Assembly (NCBI GenBank): GCA_965235115.1
Contig: OZ249437.1
Coordinates: 29,078,001 to 29,142,000, forward strand
Origin: Laetmonice hystrix
Lineage: Eukaryota
Length of the DNA: 64,000 nucleotides
Direction of reading: 5' to 3'
Each line of letters begins with the position of its first letter. Positions within the stretch are counted from its first letter, which is position 1. Of the stretch, positions 25,944 through 37,900 are shown piece after piece. Both the position numbers and the translations under genes were made by a program. Under the pieces are notes generated by a model. That model was not told the origin of the DNA. It did no database searches and saw nothing but the letters and a program-made list of their open reading frames with translations.

Positions 25944-28900
25944 GAGAGGAGAGACAGAGAAGAGAGACAGAGAAGAGGAAGAGAGAGAGAGAGATAGGAG
26001 AAGAGAGAAGAAGAAGAAGACAATTTTTAGGGCAATATGTTTGACTATATGACGGTAACGATATGTGATATCAGAGAAAGTAAACCCATCAACAATTCCA
26101 CATATCACAGAAACCAGGGATACTATCCAAGACACTTGGAGAAGTGAAAGTGAAGATCCAGTCATGACCATATTTAGAATAATAAGGCATTTCCATTAAA
26201 CAGAGAGACAGCGCATTGCTTCATGTGTCTTTCAATGTCCCAACAAGGGATGGAGATGGGGCGCCTCCTGAATATCAACTCTGCAAACAGTATATTTTGA
26301 TGAGATGAGGAAACAAAGAAAGTAGAAACTAGGGATTTCTTACACGACCGGGACTCCTTGGTATGAGTCTGGTTACATAGCCCAGGCACATCCTTGTTTG
26401 ACATGTTGAGCTCGGGAAAAAACGTTTTGGCTGTGTTTGTGGCCTGGTGACCCGCAAAAGTATCTATCTACGCCATAAACAAAGGTCAATGGCGTTATAT
26501 CCAGGGTAAACCACAGTGGAATTGAGCCCTGGCCTCCTCGGGCTATAACACAACCAGTGGTCCACCAAATGTGTTGGAGTTGGTCCCTGAACAGGAGCAT
26601 GTCTAGATCCATAGGTCAAAAGTAATTACCTGAAGAAGAGGCGGTTTACTGGCGAACAACTTGGAGGGCTCAGTGAGGCGAGTACAGGGGTTTCCCCGAG
26701 GAGCTTCCCAAAATTTAAACTGCATCGGGATCCGATACGCTCATAACGTAAATAAAGGTTTAATCCGGTTGTAAGTACGGCCTGAAGTAGAGATATTAAA
26801 GCACTCTCTGATGGACCACGGACAATCAATGTCTGAAATAGGAGCACGTGGTCAATCGATTGTAGACAGAAACGGCGTTCCTTGCCAACTTGCCTAAATT
26901 CCTCTGTGCTCCTACTCCCAAGGAAAGAAAGGAATTGACCCATTTCTGTTCTGCAAGAGCCCGTGGTTACCAACGATTACAAAGAAAATCTGCAGTGCCC
27001 CAGCTGAACTGACTCTAACTTGATCAAACTAAGTTTGTTCTTTTCATTCCCATGTGCCGGAAATGATTTTTCACGCTGTGGAATAGTGTTAATTTTCCCT
27101 TTCAACTACTAGTATTAACACACACGCAGACGACCTAGATCATTTTAATATCAGTTTTGATCCAATGAAGGACTTATTTCTGAGTTACACCATTACAGGA
27201 TTTCTGATTAAATTTTAGTGGTTGTACCTCAGAGGCCATTTCAAGGAATCTGTAGGCTACAAGGCTCCATTTGATTGCCTCAAAACGTGATTTAGGTTTG
27301 TAGGACTTCAATTTATATTATTATACATATTTTATAAAAACCGCCTGAATGCACACACAATCTGTTTTACACAAAAGTGTGCAGTGTCGGGGAAGGCATA
27401 ATATATTTTAAAAACATCTAAAAGGTTTGACCGCCATAAGGGCATAAGTGCACTTTGTGCCCATTTTGAGATTTTAGCACTTTTGAGTAGAACTGTAGTT
27501 GGGGGCTATCATTTCTCAAAATTTAATATGGTTTGGATACGTCGAATATTCATGGAAATATAACCCAGAAACCAGAGGGCACAAGTGTTCAGGAGCCTTT
27601 CTGGAGAGAATCTATGCTTTGTGCTACAAGGAACAAGTGTATTTCTCACTTTGTGGGAACAAAGGTAATTATTAATGAAGTAACAGGTGTTTATGATACA
27701 CATGCAGGGGAATTGACGGATTAACAATTTGAATTATCAATAGGATTATAATTTTTCAAATAGTAGGCAAATGAGTTTTGATTTGGTGAAGATTTACAGT
27801 TTCCCCCATTTTTCTCAAAAGGGCAAAAAATCACGTATGCCCTTATGGCGGTCACTCCGCGATTATTGACTTTGTTGGGGGGAAAAAGTGCAATAACTGT
27901 GTGGGTGATGAAAAGGCACCTCGTCCCGTCGAGAGGAATCCTGATGATGGCGACTGTCTGGCGCACCTGTTTGATGTCGCCCTGCATGTGAGTGACCCTT
28001 AATGGTGACCGTGGACCCAGGTGGCTGCCAGGCCCACGTGACTAAGGACCATAATCCACATCGCGATCCCTCAGTAGAATTGGAAGTCGGACTCGTGTGA
28101 TGTGGGCACCCTCCACGCACGCACCCACCCTGGCCCCCAGTCCAGCTCCCGAGCTACCTGCATTCTCCGTCACCTGAATGAATGGCCTCGTCTCTGACAG
28201 GGAGTCGTCAGGGGTGAGGTCTGTGGGGACTTGCCCACAACAGGTCAGCCCCATGGCTCCACCTTTGATACCACACTCAGCGGTCCCAGAGAAACGGCTG
28301 CTGATACTCGCCGACCAATTGAACCGCCTCATCACGCCATCTACACAAAAGACATATGAGGTTTGTCTTCAATTGCACTAAACCAGGCTTAGTTCAACTG
28401 TAAAAGCCCTAAGTCCGATGGTGTTAAGGTGTTAAAGTGTCTCATTGGAGCGTTTGCCTCAGCGTCAGTGTCATCTGACATTGGACCAAGGTCAACCTGC
28501 ATTGATCCCCATGGAAACTACTTTCTCCCAATGTCCTGATGGTAGAATCTAGACCCGGAGGGCTGAGGTCCGCCGGCTTGTTAGGTAGTCATTTGTCACC
28601 GGTGGTATCTTCGAAAGACGCCGACTCGCCCTCATCAGAGCTGCATTCCATATAACAAGCCCAGTAATTACACCTGTTTGGCCCAATCCATGCCAGATGG
28701 TGACATTGTGAGGCCACGCCAATCCAGATTAGATCGGCCGTCCAAAACCAGCTCGAGACCTGGACGTGGCCGCCGTTTGGACCTCAGATCCGCCAGTTCG
28801 CCTCACTCAATATCAGATGCTACCTAGAGGCTAGCTATCGTTCCTCTTCAAATCAATTGGATTTCAGAGGGGTAACATGCCCACTTTAACACTGACAAGC

Positions 28901-31900
28901 TCCACTTAGAGCCAGCTAGACTTTCCATCTTGGCAGGTCGATTAGCAGTATTTGAATCTTAGGAGTTGCATTTTTTGTCATTCGTTTTCATTATCCTCGA
29001 AAGGACATTACTTATTTTTATTAGAAACACATTCGTTCAAATTATTTCCCCGGGAAAAGATAATTCAGATTAATGGATATCGATGTAACTATTTAAACCG
29101 TAGTGGGGCATATTAGGTTTCCTACTTGTTTAATTATTTTTATCTGAAACGTCAAAATGTCACAGAACATCTACAAAAGGCCATAGTGATTGTCACTTTT
29201 CATTGCAGATGAAACAGAATTGTGGTACGTTTGCTCTTACAAGTGCAAACCTGTTTAATCATTCAAGGGCTCTGCTAGGATTGGGGCCGACTATTTAACT
29301 TTGATTGGGGGCAGTTGTTTTGTTGAGGGGGGGGGGTTCTTTGCAGATTCTCGGATTCTCGAAATCGGATGTTTTCCTCCCAGAGAAATGAGAATTGGGA
29401 TTTAAAAAGTTATCTAGCTCTTTACGGTAGCAGGCCCTATACACGCACGTCTGGTTGGGGGTGTGCATGTCCTGTCGTGGTGGTCAGCTCCGTTCTCTTC
29501 ATATAGAACAGAATGTTCACACGGTGCTAAATCACGGCCAGTGGTTTCAGTGTATATAGACTTGGCCGATCACCACTACCAATTTACGCGTGTAAATCAT
29601 AACACAGAGATAGAATGGCAGCGGAGATTCATAGCCCGAGATCACCTAGAACCAGATCTGGTTACTGCCGAGACCGATGGTTCTGAAGACGTTGACAGCT
29701 AAGTGGTGTCATTTCTCTCTAGTCTCGGCTAGAGACGAAGAGACACGACAGGCAACAGGAAAGATGCAACGTGACGTCATTGCTAGATGGTAATTCCCCT
29801 GAAAAAGGGAAGTAACTTTCCCGAAGTATAAGTGACACTGCACCGTTTGGGCGCGCCCGCACGCAGGCGCTGGGTTGACCGCCTTTGATGATGGAGATGG
29901 CAGTTTTAATGCAGGACATGGTGAAAACTACGTGGATTGATGGAGATAATAACACCAATATATCACCGCCGTGCCGCCATGTTCTTTTGTTAGATGTAGC
30001 CGGTCATCCCTCATCTTTGCCCATTTTTGGCGCACTGTTTGATAAAGCCTTGCTGCATGTTTTCCTGTTGTGCGTCTCCGTGAAATCAGAACGCATTAAC
30101 CTTATCCATCTGTCTGTCTGTCGGTCCCTGCTCGGGCGTGATTGCATCTATTTTGTGTCTGTGCTCCCCAAGCCATGCACTGTCAGGGTCTTGGGAATAC
30201 TTGTGGAGCATCCCGTATCAGGAAAGTGACACAAACAATGAGGAACTTCAGCAGACTGGAATTTGATATTGAAGCTTAGCAGACGTTGGCCAGACGACCT
30301 ATAAGAATTTATGCGTCTTCTGCATGTTGTTGCCATCAAGAAGAGTGTTATGTTACGTTGATATCTTGCTTCTCGTAAAGTTCATATCTCTCTGTCAAAA
30401 TGCACAGGAGTAGGAAATGAGGAAATGATGAAGTAAAAAAGCTAATTTCTAATTACTAAGTATATTCATTTCCTGCAGTAAGCCTACAGGGACCTGTGGA
30501 TTTGGAATGAGAAAGGGGCCGAGATATGTACGGTTTGAATAAAACTTAGGTTGACTAGAAAGGGACTTTATTTTTATATGATTACCTAGGGGGTAAAGTC
30601 CTCGGCGGCAAAAGTCCTAAAGTGGAAAGGTCGGGGGGGGGGGGGCAAACGTCCGGCGAGAAAAGTCCATCTGCAAAGGATATTACCAAAGACGTTACCC
30701 TTTGGCATAATTTTTCAAGGAAACACTTTGCAGGTGACAGAATAAAATTTTGAAGACATTTTGTACAATTGTATAAAAGAAGGCCCGAAAAGCCAGGTAG
30801 AATCCGAGTTAGACAAAGGCTAGACGCCTGGAACACTTGCGGCTTTACTGGACATAAGGAGCACGATTTATATTCATGCCAGTTATCCCAATTCCTTAGT
30901 GCTGTCATGTGAAAGAGGTGCCTTCAGTACCGTTTCATTCTGCATTCTTTGCCCATACTGCCTCCAATTTCTTATCAGTTCGTCACAATTCAATACTAGT
31001 TCTATAATATGTTGTACTGACAGCTTTCAATCGGATCATGGTTGCCACACCTGGCTCTGGCTTCAGTGGAGGGGAGTCTAAAGATAGGAATTCTTTGAGT
31101 GACAATCCTGAGGGCGAACCTGCCCTGTGTACTGAAGAAGTTGCCACCCGCTCAGCTGGAAGTCTCCAATTCCAATGAGTACATTAAGCAGGTGTGACAG
31201 CCACTGGTCTTGAATCTGAACTAGGCAGCAGAATTGGATTGCAGAGCTACTGCATAGCACGGGGCCGCTAAAGCCTACAATGTTCGTCTGATGGCTCTTT
31301 GTGGCCTCCTGATGAAGGGTTGGGTTCCACTTGCACAAATACACCAAGTTCACATTACTCAGCCAGGCCTTCTTTAATAAAAGAGCACATGATTGCTTAT
31401 TGGTGGTTCCTACCACATTGCGAGTGATCAGTGAACGACCTACAATATGGAACGACCAGGATCATGCAAATTGTCCATGATCAGAGGTAGTAGATATTCT
31501 GGACAGCCTGGTTTCAGAAGCATATCGATCAACTATAGGCACGGTGCAGCTCAATGAAAGTAGATTTTCTTTGCTCTGTGATTTTCTATTCCTCCAGTTC
31601 CAGTGCCATATTTCGCGAATGCATTTATAAAATTCTTTGCCTCTGAAGAAGGAACAATGACCTTCTTTAAATACATCCTACCTTTGATTTAGACAGTATG
31701 AGAGGTTACCAGTTTGAGAAACGTATTGTGTGCTGAGATGGGGCCAGTGCCCCGATATATCCGAGGGTGAAGGTAGAGAGGGGCGATAAAAGAATTTCTC
31801 TAATGTGATAATATCATTAACACGCCGATTGATTATCCTATATAGAAGGCCTAAGTCCGATACTAATGGGCCTGTCGGAAGTGAGGGGCAGGCTTTGGTG

Positions 31901-34900
31901 GTAATTTCAGACATGGCTGCAATTATGGATTTCGGCTATATCTGTTTCAGATATATAGGCTAGATGTCATATAATTAAAACCAATGGATATGTGTAAACG
32001 GGCCTATTGAAGGGCAGATCATGATCTCCTAGAGAGGGGACAGGACTGACCTCTGGGGCTGTGATCTGATGTGTCCCAACCCTCTTCACATCTTTCAAAC
32101 TTGACGATATCCAGGGAAAGTATTGCCCTTGCAATGTAGAACTCCAAACAGATACACACAGATTAACAAATAATTCTAAATAATTAATAATTAATTTCTC
32201 TTTTGTGTGGTTTGGTAGAGGGGCAACGATGTTTATAAGCAGCATATTACTGAAAATATTAGGTCCTCAGACCCTGTGGACACTGCTGAGAATACAAGGT
32301 CCACTCACGGGGATGGCATGGAGCTGCTGGAACGGCATCTGTTTAGTATTCTTCGTGTGTTCACAATTAACTTGACTGCCTTGGAATTAACAAGGAGAAA
32401 CTTGCCCGGCCCGCTCTCACATTGAAGGCAGAACGCTCGTATCCATCGTAATTTAGCAATCCGTCATTATGGAAATTTTGATCGGAGATCTGAGGTTGAT
32501 GTAGGTCGCCAGCTGGAGTGTTTGGGTAAACGTTAGGCCTAAACAACATACTTTTTTTATTGAGCATCTTTACCCAGGATTACCCACTCGGCTGAGAGCC
32601 GTCGTCAGTGTGGGGTCCTGCAGATCATATCTTCGAACATATGTACAACACGTTCCATATAATACAATAAAATAAGATCTCAAAAGTGAATACAACCCAT
32701 GGATTACAAATAAACAATATAACCTTAAAGAATAGGAAACGTGCACCTGAGGAGCCCCCTTACGGTTTCTTCTCTTCTCGATATAAAGGAGGAGGCAGGT
32801 CTCCACCAGGTTCATAATGTTGATCAAGGAAGACAGGAGGTGCATTTATGTAACAGCATTATTGTGGATTTTAATTTTATAGATCTACTCGCACACAGAG
32901 GGTCAGGTATCGAATCCAATCGTTGACGCAGAAGCGATCAGTGGACAAGACAGCCATACACTCTTGCTCAAATACAATGCAGTGGATTCAATCAAATGGA
33001 TGATTTTAAATGATTGACTATAGTGCCTCGAGTTGGGAGGACTGTGAGATGCAGCATGAATCAGACAGATATTCACATATTTAGATTGTTAGCGTCCTTC
33101 TCCGTAAAGGTCAGATGACAAAGCATTACAACAGTAGCATTTGGCTCTTCCATCTCGTGGTAAAAAACCCTGAGGCGTTAGAGTAATACCCTACGTTTCA
33201 TGAAGGTCATTTTCCTGCAAGGTCGGGAATGTCAGGGGAATGACTCATATAGGTTTAAAAATACAATGTATTCCCAGTAACACACTGAAAGTCTTGACAT
33301 CGGATAATATGAATTGACGGAGTCAGAAAGTGCTGCACCATGAGGCCATGCTCATGAAAGACCATCGTTGAATTTTTATATGTAAATCATAGCCTACTTC
33401 AGCCTCGTCCGATCAGAGCTTTACCAAACATGCGTTCATATATGTCACACTGAGTATATTTTCAGCAGTATCAAAAGGATTATCAATATTTCAGAGGTGT
33501 GGGTGGTTCTATACCAACACAACACATGTACTCTTCAACCAAACCAATATTGATCATGGGCCGCATTTTACAAGCTGAAAGTTTAGCTCTTTATTTGGTT
33601 CATTCCTGCCTTGGCGCTACATTCAATCAACAATATCCCCAGGACAAATGTCCTATATGCAGTGCAGAACAGCCACGATTATCATTGCGAATCGCTAGGT
33701 CATGAAATTGCCCTCGGGACACCACAGCTTCCAATGTAAGTAGTATATAAAAATGAGCGTATTAATCGAGGGGCCAATTAGACTTTTTATATGGCCCCTG
33801 GCTATGGGCAATGATTTATACAAAGTGAACATTTCGGCACATTACTTTGTGAGCAAATAACAAATGTCTGGGACAGTAATATGAATGTGTTTTTTTTTAC
33901 TCATGGGAATCTGCTACAGATTGGCTGCCATAGCAGTGATGCACACCCCTCTGGGTGAATAGCATTTATTCTACAGCGCAGAGTTCTCCACGGATGCGTT
34001 TCAGGTCGCCATTCAACTTAGCTTTTTCTTATCGGCCTTGTGTCAAACAACGATATGGTACTGTTATCAGCTTCATATAGCGAGTATGAGGAAAGCGCGC
34101 CAAACATATCCTAGTGAAATCAAAACGAGTCTTTCTGTATTGTCTCATGAGAATGAAGGCCATGTCGTATTGATTTGTTATATTTGGAAGTTTGGACAGA
34201 ATGTAGGCTAATATGTCTAGTCTTCAGGAAAACCTTTTCTGGTGTGATAGAGGTATAACTATTTGAGTCTGACTTGATTATACAGAGTAACATAGAAATA
34301 ACTTTTTCTCAAATTAACGTATTTCTGACGGTGTAACGGGTTGATAGGATAAAAGTAACGAACAGTACAGAAATTATACACGTTTACCATAATATAAATT
34401 ATACTGAATAAAGAACTTTACACACTGATTAATCGAATCAGTTTTCAAATTGAACAAGGTTTTAGGAAGCAAGGTGTCCCTTTATCCTTGAGCATGGGGC
34501 ACTGCAGTCTACCTTTGCCTGTGATGTAGAAGTAACTTCTACAATCTGGTAAAACATCTTTACAAGTTGGTAACGTATCCTCACCAATTATTGCAGCCCC
34601 CCTTAATAGCTACGCCGGTTATTGCAGTAGATTTCCCACAGAGGTCAGTGGGGAACCCTCCCTTAGGCTGGCTGTCACATTAATGAGGTATCCCCGTGGG
34701 TACCTGGACGTAAATCCGTCCTTAATAATCTTCCCTGATCCTTTAGCTAATCATATTATCATGCCGTAAGAGGAGTAGATGTAGGGAGTTCACTGAGGTT
34801 GTACTAACGTCGGATCCTGTCACGGTGAGCTCGAATACCGTGCCAGCAGATTGCAACCTACGCAAACCAGGAGTGTCAATTAAAAGCAAACAAGTTTCCT

Positions 34901-37900
34901 TATAAGGTATAAATGGAGACAGGGTCATGGCGACACGCTGAGGTAATTACCATCTGATTTTACCCCGTACACCTCGCTTAATATAATCCATCGATTTATA
35001 TAATGACACCCGTGTTTTTATAGACAGTCTCCAGGGATGCTGTGATGTGGTCGATATAGTGTCTGCTAACTCACAGAACAGGTGTAGTCTTGGCAGTGGT
35101 ATTTTTTACACGCTGGTTGTTACCTCTTTCTGCTTATAAATGTTTCCTGGAATGATTTGGTGACCTCGGTTAATAAAACAAGGAAGATTTATTTTGGAGG
35201 AGAAAGCCTTCAGCTTGTGGGCTTTTATTTTTACCCCCATCAAAGTCTGATTTATTGGAAAAGATACAAGGAAATTAATCGGGCAGAATGAATGTAGCAC
35301 CCTGGAAGCTTCCCCCCAACGAACACTGGCCCAAGCAAGCTTCCAACAGCAAGCTGTCGCCAGCAGGGATCATTAAGTGAACCTTGATATATGACCGCTC
35401 TTCGCTTTGCTCACCTGATCTCGTGCTGCTACCCATTTATCCTGGCCATCCACTCAAGCAATTAGCCGAACAGAATATATCCCAGTGTAACCCATTCAAC
35501 GGAAGCGTATGTCTTGGCAACTGTGAAATAGAGTAATCGGTCACTGAGGGCCACTATACGCATTATGTCGCATTGGGACAGTTTAAATGCAGTAAAGGGT
35601 TTCCTCAGTGGCACTGTTGAAATCGACCCAGGCTGTGCCGAGTCTTATTCTGGACACTTGCACGGTTATAAATACTGAATCAATCGGGTTATTTTTTATT
35701 CAGTACATTTCGTTCATCCAGAAGAACTAGCACTTTCTCATACCTACCTACTATTCGCTGCCTTTACATTCATGGCTTTTGATCCAGGTTCTGAAAATAT
35801 TGAGCATGATATCCTCAAATCAAAAGTGATTCTCTGGCGTTAGAAATCCCCGACTCATGTCAAATTAAGCTCTTTCTATGCCCCGTTGACTAACGAGACG
35901 ATGTCGACGATCGTATTTCGATGATATCTGTCTGATTGCAACGTGTTCACGTATCTTCAAACGGAACTAATGCGTACGACAGCGACGTGATTGTGTGTCT
36001 CAGTGACCACGGCTCATTAGTGTGCTGTGCACACTGCGTGCGTCTTACAGTTGAGAAACCCTATCTAGCTTTCATTATTGCTTTGATTACTATAGGTGTT
36101 GGCTGGACATTGTTGCCTTCTCAGCCTCTCAATATGTATGCAGGGTACTGCCATGCCAGGCCGCGCCCTGTGAAGCGGGGGGGGGGGGGGTCATTCTGAA
36201 GGCTCCAACCTATGCTACCTATCAGGTCACCACACACGGACGTCGACAGTGCCCGATCACAAGTGGCTTCTGTACGGTTAACAACACCACTATTGTATTG
36301 AAAGCCATGCTGCAACTCTTGGCTTGGACCAGCACTGTGTCAAATCATTAGGCACAGTGATCTATCACAAGCCATATGTCTTTTATGACCCAGAGGCAGG
36401 CTGCCTTGTGTGCCCCATTACATCACAGTAATTGGAAATGTGTCAACATTCGCTGCTAGAATAAATCACGGTAAATTTGCAGGAGTGTCACTGGATTTAA
36501 GAAGAGTAGAAGTGATGATAGAGGAGGGGCTTATCATCTTAAGGGTATCACTTATTAATCTTGTGATTGAGAGGCGTAAGACAGACAGGCACGTTTAGGT
36601 ATCTTGGAGGCTACAAATCAGTGCTTACTGCCGTGTATAACTCAATGGCCCCTTTCATGGTGGTGAAAGCCCGCGGTCGGCGCTACCCGGAACGTGGTGC
36701 AGGAGATGATAAATCAGAGGCCTACTATTATACACATAAAATTACCCTGCTGCTGAAGGTCACGGTCAAATAAAGGCCAATTCCAACCATTTATCAGGTC
36801 GTTTGACCATAATCATTGTGCCATTTGTATCTTGCCGAGGGTGTGCGGGAAAATACTGCTGTCCGCACGAGTGTGACAGATGATCACATCTGTGGCAAGG
36901 GTTGTAGCCGGTGTTGGGTGGCAAGCTGGGTACTTGAAGAAAGCTAAGGGTCTGCTGCAATCCCGGCCGGGTCTGCTGCAATCCCGGCCGTGCTAAAAAG
37001 ACATTGAAACTGTAAATTCGTTCAATATGTTACAAGGAAAGAAAACGATATCAACTGAGACAAGTGAACAGATTCTGTTTAAAAAACACGAAAAGGACTA
37101 TTAGCGGATGCGACTTCATATTTCGGGATGGAGCAGAAGTTACTCCCTAATGACCCCCCCCCCCTCCCATTTACTCTCTGTAACACAAGGTGTATCACGA
37201 TCTATGACAGTTCTTCTCTTTAGAGGTTAAAACTCTGAGACCGAATCTGCTGGATTATTCCGTTATGGAGCACATAGAAATTTGCCAAAGTTGATGGCTG
37301 CAGGATGGAGCATTGTCAGTTCGTTTTTATCAAGATAATTGATAAGGTTCTGCTTCAAGTGAAGAAACTCTCTGGTGTAATGCCATGCCGACTAAATAAC
37401 AGATAATCGGTGTTTAAGTAAGGCTTGCAAATCTATCAGTATCGTGCCTCGGAGGGATGCTATCTTTATTATGTTTTTAAAACCTGAACGTTCAGAATAT
37501 TAATGTTTCGCTGGTGCTGCACAGTAAAAATGCTGATACAATTTATCTGGAGAACAGTGCTTGGTAAAATTATAGTAGTTGCTATTTTTTTATTCTTGAC
37601 GTCTTGTATGCACACCGCAATGTGTGTGAGTAACGTTTCTAATATCACTGCATTCCATCTGTCCCTTTACAGGACCACTCCTTCCTTGAGGTAGAAGTCA
37701 AATATGGCCTCCTTCAGGTAAGTTACACTGCTTCTTTAAGGGGAATTCCTCCTGCTTCAAGTGGTGGCTGGTGAATCGTTCGCTTCTCTGCCCTCGGGCG
37801 ATTTGCAAATGCCTTCAAGTCGCTGACATCTACTGGAGAATATTGCCAGACAAGTCAGAGAATATTATTGTCCTTCCCGGAACTTTGATGTCCTCTGTAG

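Noticed and set aside
25748-26171. RE-rich and SL-rich ORFs on both strands
   Set aside because: Both are products of the (GA)n microsatellite.
15540-31416. PIF1/Helitron-helicase-like snippets (CLLTGGQLMEVLPI near 15600; VLIGIGDFQL near 31150)
   Set aside because: Weak, isolated, on opposite strands and 15 kb apart, with no other helicase motifs.
34743-34928. LIDTPG as a GTPase G3 motif
   Set aside because: No G1 or G4 motifs are visible nearby; a single short match.
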